DNA from: Promethearchaeati archaeon SRVP18_Atabeyarchaeia-1
GTDB lineage: Archaea > Asgardarchaeota > Atabeyarchaeia > Atabeyarchaeales > Atabeyarchaeaceae
Direction: 5' to 3'
DNA length: 64,000 nucleotides
Assembly: GCA_037308085.1 (NCBI GenBank)
Contig: CP147779.1
Coordinates: 1,856,001-1,920,000 of the forward strand
A program made the position numbers and the translations under genes. Under the pieces are notes generated by a model. The model saw nothing but the letters and a program-made list of their open reading frames with translations. It searched no databases and was not told the DNA's origin. The stretch's first letter is position 1, and each line of letters begins with the position of its first letter. Shown piece after piece: positions 10,263 to 20,506 of this stretch.

Positions 10263-10982
10263 ATGGAAGCTGCAAATCCTACCGAATCGGCTCTGACAAT
10301 AAGTGAGGTCATCGGGCAAGTTCATTGTGGAAGGTGTCTGGTCCCAGTTCCACAGGAAGGAGAACTGATTTGGCCTCCGGAACAGATAGAGAAGCTTTTC
10401 GGTCTGTTGATGCAGGAACGCAGCATCGGGCAATTCATTTTCTGGAGTGTCGGTAGAGACAGAGTTGGGGACTACCATTTCTGCGACTTTTCCGGGGACG
10501 GCAATGAATGCCCGTGCGCGGTAGATCCAACATCAAGCATAGGAAGGCGAGACAACGTTGCAGTAGTAATTGACGGGAAGCGCCGTCTAGCCTCTCTCTA
10601 CGTTGGATTGGTGGGGCTGAACAAGGGATCAGTTCCCAGTCGAAGCCAGGAAACCGAAGATTTCTACCAGAGTAGAAAACTCTATCTGAATCTTCTTTCC
10701 GGAACGGGTTCGTCGCAAGAATGCTATGATTTTAGGTTCCTAACCGAATCCGAGGCATCTGCAAAAGATGAGAAAACCCTGTGGTTCAAGGTTGGGGGAG
10801 TATCATCCTTCACAAAGCCTGATGAGATAGGCAAGTGCCTAATTGAGAAGGGGCTGGGGAAGAACAAGTCTGCGGAAGAATGCCTTGTCAAACTTCAGCG
10901 CGTAATCGGTGAGAAGAGGTTACTACGCTGCGTCGTCGAGACAGACGAGGAAATAGGGAGAGTCTTCCTAATGTTCCTGTAG
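10263..10982 (+). CDS. Degenerate stand-alone DUF262 (GmrS-like) domain protein
   Basis: W..EQIEKLF..L...IGQFIFW and VIDGKRRLASLY, where DGQQR is canonical. Confidence 0.7.
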   Translation: MEAANPTESALTISEVIGQVHCGRCLVPVPQEGELIWPPEQIEKLFGLLMQERSIGQFIFWSVGRDRVGDYHFCDFSGDGNECPCAVDPTSSIGRRDNVAVVIDGKRRLASLYVGLVGLNKGSVPSRSQETEDFYQSRKLYLNLLSGTGSSQECYDFRFLTESEASAKDEKTLWFKVGGVSSFTKPDEIGKCLIEKGLGKNKSAEECLVKLQRVIGEKRLLRCVVETDEEIGRVFLMFL

Positions 10983-11009
10983 AGGCACTTACGCGAATCA
11001 GGGGTCTGC

Positions 11010-11654
11010 CTAGTCAAAGGTGAACGCTGAGGGGCAAAGCTTGTTCAGGTTGCAGCCTACGCAATTCGGTTTCTTTGCTGTGCATATGCTCCTGCCATGG
11101 GATATCAGGAGGTCGGTGATCCTCATCCACTTCTCACTAGGCACAAGATCCATCAGGTCCTTCTCTATCTTGTTGGGATCCTTTTTCTCCGTGAATCCGA
11201 GTCTCCGAGCGAGCCTGTAGACGTGGGTGTCCACCGCGATTCCGACGATGACGCCGTAGGCATTAGACAAGACAATGTTTGCCGTCTTTCGAGCTACTCC
11301 TGGGAGTTCAAGGATTTCCTCCATTGTTCTCGGCACTTCGCCGTCGAATTTTTCGATTAGCATTCGGCAACAGTTCTTTATGTTCTTCGCCTTGTTATGG
11401 TAGAAGCCTGTCGGCTTAATCTGCTTCTCCAGCTTTCTGAGATCTGCGTTCGCGTAGTCTTCTGGCGTCTGATACTTCTGGAAGAGCGTCGCGGTGACTT
11501 CATTCACCTTTTTGTCGGTGCACTGCGCTGAGAGTATGGTAGCCACCAGGATTTCCAGTGGATTCTTGAAGGTCAGCGCTGTCTTCGTGTCAGCATAATC
11601 TCTTTCAAGAAGGGAAATCACCTTCAACATTCTCGAATTCTGATCAAGATTCAT
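11010..11654 (-). CDS. nth: Endonuclease III
   Basis: LSAQCTD, HhH LPGVARKTAN, VDTHV, C-x6-C-x2-C-x5-C. Confidence 0.97.
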   Translation of the reverse strand: MNLDQNSRMLKVISLLERDYADTKTALTFKNPLEILVATILSAQCTDKKVNEVTATLFQKYQTPEDYANADLRKLEKQIKPTGFYHNKAKNIKNCCRMLIEKFDGEVPRTMEEILELPGVARKTANIVLSNAYGVIVGIAVDTHVYRLARRLGFTEKKDPNKIEKDLMDLVPSEKWMRITDLLISHGRSICTAKKPNCVGCNLNKLCPSAFTFD

Positions 11655-11770
11655 GGTTCCTCGTCACCCACCGCCTTGGTTTCGATCGGCTGGACCACAT
11701 TACTCCACTTCTTATGGACCTGCATAAAGTTTTTACGCTTCTGCCTTCACTAATTCTGCTGGTGATCAAG

Positions 11771-11920
11771 ATGGATGTGAAGCTTCTAGTTAATGGAGAG
11801 GAGATAGAGCTGAACGAGTTCGTCAGAAAGGTACTTGCAGGTATGATTAGTGGCGCCGTGAATTCCCTGCGTGGGATAAAGAAGGACTGGAAAGAGATCC
11901 AGATTGCTGTAACAAGATAA
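11771..11920 (+). CDS. Small protein resembling the MobB C-terminal domain
   Basis: VKLLVNGEEIELNEFVRKV...SLRG; GGTGA RBS. Confidence 0.6.
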   Translation: MDVKLLVNGEEIELNEFVRKVLAGMISGAVNSLRGIKKDWKEIQIAVTR

Positions 11921-12060
11921 GTAGTACCCTGATGCCTCTAGAAGCAGGGAGACGACACGATCGCACCTGTCTGCGGGGCATATGCTGCTAAGGGTCCAGG
12001 TTTTTTCTAGTCTTCGCTGTGGCCTGCGGTGCATTTGGTGTGAAGCACTTCATGAACGTT

Positions 12061-13419
12061 AGGACAAGGAGACCTCTGTTTTGAAGCGGGGGAGGAATTG
12101 CCCTCCCACAGATGGTGGTTTTTAAGGCGGCATCACCAGTACTCTTTTTGGTGCGCAAGGGATGAGGAGAGAGGTCGTCAAGTCACTTGAACTGAACCTT
12201 CTCCCACTAACCTCAGCGAAGCAGGGCGAGCTCTCCCACCTCTTCTCCGAGTACACAGGCGCCGCCAACGAAGCCCTCACCACACTCAAGACCCAGAGGC
12301 CACCCTCAGAGACGCGGCTCCACCACCTAACCTACAAGAGGATCCGCGAGAGATCCAAGCTTCCTGCTCAACTCGTCTGCGCAGCGCGGCTCGACGCCTG
12401 GGCGAAGCGCAGGCAAACCATCACCAGCTTCAGGCACCTACCCATATCCTACAACGTGCCTAGGAGCGGCTCCCTTAAACAAACGAGGCGAGGCAACCCC
12501 ATCCTCAGCCCAGCCTCGCTAAACAGGCGCATCGGCCTCCGCGTAGCCAGGGATGGCGCGTGGCGAAGACTCACCCAGATGCTCTCAGACGAATGGGCCT
12601 TCACCGAGTTCAAGCTGCTCAACACGCACGCAGCAAGGGTCACCCTCAAGCGGCGCTTCCAAGTCGCCGAGCCTGGGCCGGGCCAGGCAGTGCTGGGCGT
12701 CGATGTGGGAGTCGGCACACTCGCTGCCATAACCATCTTCGACGCCCACGGAGTGGGGCAGCAGCTCTACTTTGGGCGAGACGTGTGGCAGGTGAAGCGC
12801 GACCTAGGTATACGCCGCTCGAAGCTCCAAGCTCACGCCTCTGCGTGCTCCAGGAGGGCGCGGCGCGCCCTCCGCAACCTCAGGGGCTACGAGCGCAGCT
12901 TCGACAAGACGAGGTGCTACCAGGAGGCGCACAGGATCGTCACCCTCGCCAAGCACTACAATGCAACGATCGCCGTGGAGGACCTCGACGGGCTGCATAG
13001 GACGAGGCTGAGCCGACGGTCCAACCGCAAGGCGAAGCGCATGCCCTATTCGGGGCTCAGGCAGGCGATCCAGGCGGTGGCCTGGCAGGAGGGCATCGAG
13101 GTGAGCCTCGTCAACCCGCGGTACACATCCCAGACATGCTCCAAGTGCGGCGCCAAAGGCGTGAGAAGAGGAGCCACGTTTAGTTGAGGTTGCGGGTTCA
13201 CCGCTAACGCGGATAGGAACGCGTCGGTGAACATCGCCAAACTGCTCTGGGAGCGGACTCGGCGGCGCGCCTCGGGGCGCGAAGCCGTGCCCAGTTTTCC
13301 CGGAGTGGGGCTGAGGTCAACCAGCCCGCCCCGTGCCATGAATCTTGGCAAGATGAGGCTCGCAGCCAATGCTTGCCACCACGAGCACAAGCCGCCTATC
13401 TCAATAGGTGGTAGTTGAC
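12061..13419 (+). mobile_element. IS200/IS605-family tnpB-only element
   Basis: Left-end hairpin at 12061-12104; right end gccgcctatctcaataggtggtagttgac; higher GC than the flanks. Confidence 0.88.
12162..13418 (+). pseudogene. tnpB: TnpB RNA-guided nuclease with an in-frame TGA at 13185-13187
   Basis: RuvC-I GVDVG, RuvC-II VEDL, TSQTCSKCG. The frame continues after TGA as GCGFTANADRNASVNIA (RuvC-III). Confidence 0.85.
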
Positions 13420-13535
13420 TACTCGGCGTATGTGTCCGCAGGCTGGAATTCAGAAACTAGGAAGCTAGCACTAGTCTTTAATATTGGTTGTATAGCTCTA
13501 AAGACCGAACGACAGAATCAAAATGGATAAGATAA

Positions 13536-15638
13536 GTGAAAAAAGGTGTAAATGGAATGTTCAATAGGACAAAGACGACAAGGGCGCTAGCGATGATTCT
13601 ACTCACAATGACCATAGTGACACCGATACTCATAGGGGTGACCGCAAGCTACTCAATCCATCAGGGAGTAATGACGCCATCAGGCTATCAACCCAGAGCC
13701 AGTCATGCGTCGCCAGTGTTGCTCACGTCGAAGTGGAACTACACGGCAGGTTCTCCTGTTGAGTGTTCCCCAGCCATAGCTGATGTCGATGGGGACGGAA
13801 AAATCGAGGTAATAGTGGGTTCCGATTATGGACTCGTTGCCGTGAACAGTTCGGGGAAGCGGGTGTACACATGCTATTCTGGAGCGGCAGATCCCTACTA
13901 TCCTGAATCACCCGGTATCGCAGACCTGTACGGAAATGGAAGACTCGAAGTGCTAAACGTAATCAGTGGCTATCTCTACTGTTACAACGGGACGGATGGA
14001 ACCGAATTGTGGTATGCCGGTTATGGGTACTTGCAAGGTTCTCCTGCGATAGGCGACCTCGATAGCGACGGGAGACTCGAGGTTGTAGTGGGCGATTACA
14101 ATGGATATGTCTACAGCTTCAACGGAACGAACGGCAACCAACTCTGGCAGTACCCAGCGGAGGGCAAGCTACTTTCCTCTCCCACGCTCGCAGACATTAC
14201 AGGAGACGGGAAGCTCGAGGTGCTCGTCCACAGTATGAATTCAGGTGGGTACGACAGTCTTCACTGCCTAAATGCGACCGCGAACGCGGACGGCTACGTC
14301 CACTCATTGTGGGACTTCAGCATGGGCCAGAAGTGGGATACTAGCGAATCCTCGCCGGCCGTTGCAGACATCGACAACGACGGACATATGGAGACAGTCG
14401 TAGGATCGATTGACAACGCAACGTACTGTATCAGCAGCACGGGCACTTTGAAGTGGAGCTACAAGACTGGAGACAATATTCACTCTTCTCCAACTATGGC
14501 AGACATTGATGGAGACGGCAAGCTGGAAATCCTAATCGGTTCAAACGACCATAGGCTCTATTGCCTGGACTCGACGGGCAAGCTCAAGTGGAGCTACACA
14601 ACTGGAGACCTCATTTACTCCTCTGCTGCTGTTGCGGACATCGATGGTGACAGAATGCTTGAAGTACTAGTGGGATCGCACGACCACTACCTCTACTGCC
14701 TCAATAGAACTGGAGGATTAGAGTGGCGCTTTGGAACAAGCGACTTCATCCTCTCTTCTCCTACCGTTGCCGACATCGATGGTGACTACAAGCTGGAGGT
14801 AGTGTTTGGGTCGTCGGACGGAAATGCCTACTGCCTGAGCGTTGCGTCTGCCCCAATTGTTCCAAGCGCTTACCCGTGGCCTTCAGTCGGCTACCGAGAA
14901 GACATACGGCATACGGGGTGCATTACTGACTCGGACAAGGATGGCTTGACGGATGGCTATGAGATCACAGTGGGCACTTATCCCCAGAATCCGGACACCG
15001 ATGGTGACGGATTCACAGACTACCAAGAGTTCTTGATATCAACAAACCCGTTCGCGAAGGAGTGGCAGAGCTATCCACCGGTTCCACTCATCCCTGGACC
15101 TGGGAATAATGCCACTATGCCCGGATCAGCCTTTGCGGAATACCACTTCACGATGAGCACAACAAATGCAACGGGGGTAGTAGTAACAAGTGGAAACCAA
15201 TTGCCACCCGGAGTAGTTGCGCCTCCAAGCGGAACGGCGGCGTTCCTGTACCTTCAAATCAGCGGCACCCAGGTGAATGGTACCACGGGTGCAGCCATCT
15301 ACCTCTACTACGATAGATCACTGGTTCGCTCCCTCGGCGTGGATGAGCTCGCGATGCAAATCCATAGATGGAACGCGACAACATTGCAGTGGGACGCTGT
15401 GCCAAGCAAGGTAACCATCATCAACAGCACACATGGATTAATTAGCGCCCGTCTGAACCACTTCAGCTACTTCGCAGTGTTCGGAACATCAACTGGTCCC
15501 TCAGGCAGCCCAATGGCACTACTCATAATCGCAGGCACAGCAGGCGCAGCAATCGTAGTAGTCCTAGCAATAGTGGTCGTCAAAAAGAGAAGCGTGGTAG
15601 TCCCGCGAAAGAGAAGTAAGACAAGAAAAACCAAATGA
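13536..15638 (+). CDS. Surface FG-GAP/PQQ-like beta-propeller with DxDxDG repeats and a TM anchor
   Basis: About seven SSPxxADxDGDGxLE repeats; DSDKDGLTD and DTDGDGFTD; HFSYFAV; C-terminal TM plus basic tail. Confidence 0.9.
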   Translation: MKKGVNGMFNRTKTTRALAMILLTMTIVTPILIGVTASYSIHQGVMTPSGYQPRASHASPVLLTSKWNYTAGSPVECSPAIADVDGDGKIEVIVGSDYGLVAVNSSGKRVYTCYSGAADPYYPESPGIADLYGNGRLEVLNVISGYLYCYNGTDGTELWYAGYGYLQGSPAIGDLDSDGRLEVVVGDYNGYVYSFNGTNGNQLWQYPAEGKLLSSPTLADITGDGKLEVLVHSMNSGGYDSLHCLNATANADGYVHSLWDFSMGQKWDTSESSPAVADIDNDGHMETVVGSIDNATYCISSTGTLKWSYKTGDNIHSSPTMADIDGDGKLEILIGSNDHRLYCLDSTGKLKWSYTTGDLIYSSAAVADIDGDRMLEVLVGSHDHYLYCLNRTGGLEWRFGTSDFILSSPTVADIDGDYKLEVVFGSSDGNAYCLSVASAPIVPSAYPWPSVGYREDIRHTGCITDSDKDGLTDGYEITVGTYPQNPDTDGDGFTDYQEFLISTNPFAKEWQSYPPVPLIPGPGNNATMPGSAFAEYHFTMSTTNATGVVVTSGNQLPPGVVAPPSGTAAFLYLQISGTQVNGTTGAAIYLYYDRSLVRSLGVDELAMQIHRWNATTLQWDAVPSKVTIINSTHGLISARLNHFSYFAVFGTSTGPSGSPMALLIIAGTAGAAIVVVLAIVVVKKRSVVVPRKRSKTRKTK

Positions 15639-15749
15639 TCTTCACAAAAGAAGTGCGCATAGGTGAAACCGTGGGTTTCACTTGCCACTTTCCTATTTTT
15701 CCAGGTGCCAAGGCGATAGTCGGACTGAGCCGCCGTCGTGAACGACTGG

Positions 15750-16289
15750 TCACTGCGTAGGCAGCTCTTCGAACATCTCTTTCTTGGCTTTGCATATTGG
15801 GCAAACGTAGGGTGGTTCTTCCCGGTAGCATACATACCCGCACTGCTTGCAGTACCAGAGTCTCATTCCCGTCTTTGGCGCCTCCTTAGCGGTGGCTGCC
15901 GTCGCCTTCTTATCAGGTTTCTTCTTTGCAGCCGTTTCCGGCGTTACTCCGAAGGCTCTAGCCTGCTTCTCCTGTGGCCTTCGCTCTGGAACGGGTTGGA
16001 GGCTCTTTTTCTTCTCAAATATCTCCTTGCCCACGTAAAGCCCGCAGTAGCAAGCGCCGTATTCCTGTACATCTGGGTCGCGGTAGAAACACGGGCATAC
16101 AATATCCCTGTCAATCTCAAGGACTCCGGAGGCAAGCCTGCACGGGCATGATGGGTATCCGTAGCGCTCCTCGTTCTTCTTGAGCCCCTCAAAGAGGTCA
16201 TTTGTGAACTTCGCGTCGGGGTTGAGGTAGCAGCCATTTGTCTTCGCGTCGCTCTCGGCTCTTTGCCTGACCTTTTCAAGGGTGATCAT
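15750..16289 (-). CDS. Ferredoxin:thioredoxin reductase-like catalytic subunit fused to a rubredoxin-like domain
   Basis: CPCR, CPC and CYC motifs; WYCKQCGY...CPIC. Confidence 0.92.
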   Translation of the reverse strand: MITLEKVRQRAESDAKTNGCYLNPDAKFTNDLFEGLKKNEERYGYPSCPCRLASGVLEIDRDIVCPCFYRDPDVQEYGACYCGLYVGKEIFEKKKSLQPVPERRPQEKQARAFGVTPETAAKKKPDKKATAATAKEAPKTGMRLWYCKQCGYVCYREEPPYVCPICKAKKEMFEELPTQ

Positions 16290-16570
16290 ATATCTAATGC
16301 CTCCTTTATCTTGTCTTCGCGGTACCCTGTGATTATCTTCTTGTCGTCAACGATCACGGTTGGAAATCCTATGTTTCCTCCACGTTTTCTGATATCGTTC
16401 CTAATCTCCTCCTGGTCTTTGGGATCGCATAGATCGATATCAGCGTATTCGAATTCGATGTTTCTGTCCTTCAGAAGTTGCTTGGTCTTCTTGCACCAGA
16501 CACACGTGCTGAGCGCATAAACGGTGACTTTATGCTTGTTGTTTTTACCTGGAACTTTCGTTGTCTTCAT
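16286..16570 (-). CDS. Glutaredoxin (NrdH-like)
   Basis: TCVWC and FPT motifs; overlaps the FTR-like gene. Confidence 0.92.
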   Translation of the reverse strand: MKTTKVPGKNNKHKVTVYALSTCVWCKKTKQLLKDRNIEFEYADIDLCDPKDQEEIRNDIRKRGGNIGFPTVIVDDKKIITGYREDKIKEALDI

Positions 16571-16734
16571 TCATCTCTCCTCGGAGGACGCTAGTATTGG
16601 AAGGGGATATAAAAGGGTTTGCGGATGGGGAGGAGAGTGCGGGGATTCTTTGCTCATGCCAGTAGTCTAGATTTCGGCTGGCGGGGGAAGAGCAAGGTCG
16701 GGGAGCGCTTCAGCTACGCTCCCGAAAACTCCAT

Positions 16735-17520
16735 TCACTCTCCTGTGAAGTTTGGCGCTCGTTTTTCGAGAAAGGCGCGTATGCCTTCCTCATAGTCGTG
16801 ACTATCGTACACTCTCCTTCTCAAGCCCTGGATGCGCTCAAAACCCTCGGGGGCGATCGGATGGGCACTGGACAGAATCTTGAATTGCTCCTTGATAACC
16901 GAAATTGCCAAGGGAGAGTGCGATGCAATTCTCTTCGCCAAGCCCATGGTAAACTCCATCAGCTTCGCAGATGGCACAAGGTGATTCAATACGCCGATGC
17001 GCTCAGCCTCCTCGGCCGTCACTGGATTCGCGGTGAAGAACATTTCCTTTGCCTCGTTTAATCCAAGCCTATTCATGAAGTGCAGAATGCCACTAACGTT
17101 GTATGGAAGACCGATTCTCGCGGGTGTGATTGCGAAGGAAGACGTTTCATCACCCACAACCATGTCACAGGTCATCACGAGGTCGCAAGCGCCTCCCCAA
17201 ACACCGCCATGAACCATAGCGATAACTGGGCCAGGGTACTCCTGAACTGCCCGCAAGACCTTCTCAATTGGATCAAAATAGCCCAAAGGGTCCCGCCGTG
17301 ATCTGGGCAATTCCGTTACGTCGATTCCAGAAGACCAGACGTTACTTCCGGCTGTTGCCTTCAAGATGGCTACTCGCATTCCCCGTCTCTGGAAATCCTG
17401 GAACGCGTCAACCAATTCCCTCATCAGTTCTGCACTGAGAGCATTCCTTTTCTCGGGATAATTCATCGTTATCAGGCCGATCTTATCTTTGATTTCTTCT
17501 TCAACTAGTGGCATGTTCAC
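16735..17520 (-). CDS. scpB: Biotin-independent methylmalonyl-CoA decarboxylase (crotonase family)
   Basis: RDPLGY.DP, VWGGA and FERIQGLRRRVYDSHDYEEG resemble E. coli ScpB. Confidence 0.85.
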   Translation of the reverse strand: MNMPLVEEEIKDKIGLITMNYPEKRNALSAELMRELVDAFQDFQRRGMRVAILKATAGSNVWSSGIDVTELPRSRRDPLGYFDPIEKVLRAVQEYPGPVIAMVHGGVWGGACDLVMTCDMVVGDETSSFAITPARIGLPYNVSGILHFMNRLGLNEAKEMFFTANPVTAEEAERIGVLNHLVPSAKLMEFTMGLAKRIASHSPLAISVIKEQFKILSSAHPIAPEGFERIQGLRRRVYDSHDYEEGIRAFLEKRAPNFTGE

Positions 17521-17706
17521 CGCCTCATGTTGTATTGGGGCAATCCTCCTTGCTTCAAAGCCCTTGAAGCCAAGACCGAATATTAAGGCATCTGCTAGAG
17601 ATTGACACGAGGCTGGTAGGCTGGAAAAAAGGGGGCTCGGCGCAAGCGACTCGTTAAAGCAGATTGAAGCCGCTTAGGATTCGCGCGAGTGGCGCCAGCC
17701 CAACCC

Positions 17707-18567
17707 CTATTTCATCTCCTCGAGCAAGGAGCTTATATCGGTTCCTTCAAGGGATGACCTAGCTAAGTTCACTCCCTTCACATGTGGAAGGTTCTCGTAG
17801 TATGTGGGTCGTTGCTCCTTGTAGAAGAGGCCTATCGGTATGTGGTCGCCCCACTCGAAGCACTTCTCTAGAGCCTTCTTCCTGTCTGTGAAATCATGGC
17901 CTTTGTCTTCGAGCTTGTACACTCTTTGGCGGTACCAGTCGTAGGTGTTGAGGTAGTTGAAGCTGACGCAGACTTGCAGAATATCAATGTAGCCGAAGCC
18001 CTTGTGCTTGATCGCCTGAACAATTAGGTTCTGTAGATGCCTTGTTTCTCCTACGTAGCCGCGTGCCACGAAGGTTGCGTTGCTGACCAGGGCGTGTGCC
18101 AGCGGGTTTATTGGTGGGACTAGTGCGCCGTAGGGTGTGGATTTGCTCTTGAATCCGACTGAGGTTGTCGCTGTCGTCTGTCCGGTGGTTAGCCCGAAGA
18201 CCATGTTGTCGTGTACAAGGAGTGTCATGTTTATGTTTCTCCTTATCGCATGGACAAAGTGATCCCAGCCCTCATCATAGCAGTCGCCGTCGCCAGAGAA
18301 CCCTATTACCTTCAGGTCTGGGTTGGCGAGAGTTATCCCAGTGGCAAGTGGAAGTACCCTGCCATGGATGCTGTGGAAACCGTTTATGTTTACGTAGTCG
18401 ATCATTTTGCCGTGGCAGCCAATTCCCGAAACTAGGCACAGCTTCTCTCTGTCCAGACCTGAGTCAACTATGGCACTCTTAACTGCAGTAAGAATGCCGA
18501 AGTTACCGCAACCGGGGCACCAAGTGCTCTTTCTTGGAGTTTGGAGATCTTTGAGCGTAGTTCCCAC
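17707..18567 (-). CDS. 2-oxoacid:ferredoxin oxidoreductase beta subunit
   Basis: WCPGCG, SGIGC, GDGD TPP motif. Confidence 0.95.
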   Translation of the reverse strand: MGTTLKDLQTPRKSTWCPGCGNFGILTAVKSAIVDSGLDREKLCLVSGIGCHGKMIDYVNINGFHSIHGRVLPLATGITLANPDLKVIGFSGDGDCYDEGWDHFVHAIRRNINMTLLVHDNMVFGLTTGQTTATTSVGFKSKSTPYGALVPPINPLAHALVSNATFVARGYVGETRHLQNLIVQAIKHKGFGYIDILQVCVSFNYLNTYDWYRQRVYKLEDKGHDFTDRKKALEKCFEWGDHIPIGLFYKEQRPTYYENLPHVKGVNLARSSLEGTDISSLLEEMK

Positions 18568-18569
18568 TT

Positions 18570-20342
18570 CTAGAGCACCCCCTTAATTTTCTGTGCGAGA
18601 CTATCCGGGTTCCAAGGTCTCCCATCGTATTTCAGAATCTTGCTGTCAACATCTCTTAGAGTGTATTGGCGGATTAGGCCAGAAAGCTGCGAGGTGAAGC
18701 TGTTCTCCACGATTACCGTCTTCTTTGCATTCTTTAGCGTGTCTTCGAGCACTTTAATCGGGAAGGGATGCAGGTAGACTATCTGCCGGTAGTTTACCGA
18801 AATGCCCTCTTTACTCAGAATTCTCATTGCTTCTCTTATCGGACCCTTGGTTGAGCCCCATCCTATTATCGTTGCATCTGCGTCTTCTTGTCCGAATAGC
18901 CTTGTTGTTTCTATTTCCTTCTCGACAAGCTCTCTTTCGAGGTATTCGAGTTTCCTCATTCTCTTCTCCATCATCTTGACTGTGAGGTCAGGTCGCTCCG
19001 TGGTGTACCCAGATTCATCGTGTTCATCTGAATTCGTGCGGATGATGGCTCCCATGGTAGATGGAATTAGTCTTGGAGATACTCCTGTTTCGGTAATTCT
19101 ATGCCTCTTGTATTCCTCTGCCCCAGCGTACCTGTCTATTATATCGAGTTCGCCCCTCTCGATTCCTATGCGTTCCGGGTCAAAAGGGGTCACTGACATC
19201 TGGCTCTCGACGAGATACTTGTCGACGAGAAGAATGGCGGGTAGCTGATACTTTTCCGCCCAATTGAAGGCCATCATTGTTTCATAGAAGCATTCATCGA
19301 TGTCTCCGGGGGCGACGACAACTCTCGGGAACTCACCCTGCGACGCATGAAGAACGAACCTGAGGTCTCCTTGAGATGTGTAGGTAGGTAGCCCAGTGCT
19401 CGGTCCGTTTCTGATCCCCATAGCTATGACAACTGGCGTTTCGGTCATGCCTGTCATCCCTAAACCTTCAGTCATGAGGCAGAAGCCTCCACCAGAGGTT
19501 GAGGTCATCGCTCTCACTCCAGCGAACGATGCGCCGGCAGCCATGATCAAGGCAGCGATTTCGCCTTCAGGATGAAACACGATCATTTTGTAATTCCTCT
19601 CTTTCTCCGCCATGAAGGTAAGGAGGCCACTCACTGGGGTCATTGGGTAGGCCACGTAGAGCTTGCACCCAGCAGCTATAGCCGCCGTTCCTATCGACTC
19701 GTTTCCCGTCAGGAATATCTTTGTCTTTCCCGAGGATCTTGTCTTGCTGAGATGGCACCCAAAGTCGTCTGGGAAGTTCTGGTGTGCGTAGTCGTATCCC
19801 TTTCGAGCAGCAGCTATGCTTGTCGCCGCAGCCTTATCGCTGAAGGTGTCTCCCAGCACCTCTTCCAGCATGGCGAAGTCGTAGTCCACGATTTTCATGG
19901 CGGCCCCGAGGGCCACAGTGTTCCTAGATATTAGATCCTGCTTCAGATCCTCAGTGACGATCCTCTTCAGCGGAATAGGATAGAACTTCAAGTCACCTCT
20001 TCCCGCAGCCTGCTTTGGATCGGGCGTATCCTCTGGATCGTATATGATTCCGCCGCCTGAAGCCATCTCATCCTTGTGAAGCGCAATTGTCTCCGCATTC
20101 AGAGCAAGAAGCAGGTCAACAAGGTCAGCTTGGGAGTATACCTCATTCTCACGTATCCAAGCGACGTAGAAGTTGTGTCCTCCCCTGATTAGCGACTGGT
20201 AGTCGTTTGTGCCGAAAGCATGCATTCCTCCGCGCATGCAGGCCTTGGCGAAAAGATAGCCTGCACGGGTTATGCCTGCCCCAGCTTCTCCTCCTACCAT
20301 AACAGAGAGATCGTTGACTTTCATGCAAATCTCACCAACCAT
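18570..20342 (-). CDS. 2-oxoacid:ferredoxin oxidoreductase alpha subunit (gamma-fused)
   Basis: GGEAGAG, IRGGHN, YPMTP, TSGGGF, GPSTGLPT. Confidence 0.95.
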   Translation of the reverse strand: MVGEICMKVNDLSVMVGGEAGAGITRAGYLFAKACMRGGMHAFGTNDYQSLIRGGHNFYVAWIRENEVYSQADLVDLLLALNAETIALHKDEMASGGGIIYDPEDTPDPKQAAGRGDLKFYPIPLKRIVTEDLKQDLISRNTVALGAAMKIVDYDFAMLEEVLGDTFSDKAAATSIAAARKGYDYAHQNFPDDFGCHLSKTRSSGKTKIFLTGNESIGTAAIAAGCKLYVAYPMTPVSGLLTFMAEKERNYKMIVFHPEGEIAALIMAAGASFAGVRAMTSTSGGGFCLMTEGLGMTGMTETPVVIAMGIRNGPSTGLPTYTSQGDLRFVLHASQGEFPRVVVAPGDIDECFYETMMAFNWAEKYQLPAILLVDKYLVESQMSVTPFDPERIGIERGELDIIDRYAGAEEYKRHRITETGVSPRLIPSTMGAIIRTNSDEHDESGYTTERPDLTVKMMEKRMRKLEYLERELVEKEIETTRLFGQEDADATIIGWGSTKGPIREAMRILSKEGISVNYRQIVYLHPFPIKVLEDTLKNAKKTVIVENSFTSQLSGLIRQYTLRDVDSKILKYDGRPWNPDSLAQKIKGVL

Positions 20343-20506
20343 AACCTACTCTTACTTCTGATTCTCTCTACCAAACCAGACCACCGATTCATTCGTCCCT
20401 CAGCCGCTCTTCCGTTCCTTATTGGTGTAGTGGAAGACTCGAGTCGAACATAAAAACTTGTCTTTCATTGCATCCAGCAGGCAATCATGAGAGGTAGTTG
20501 ACTCCA

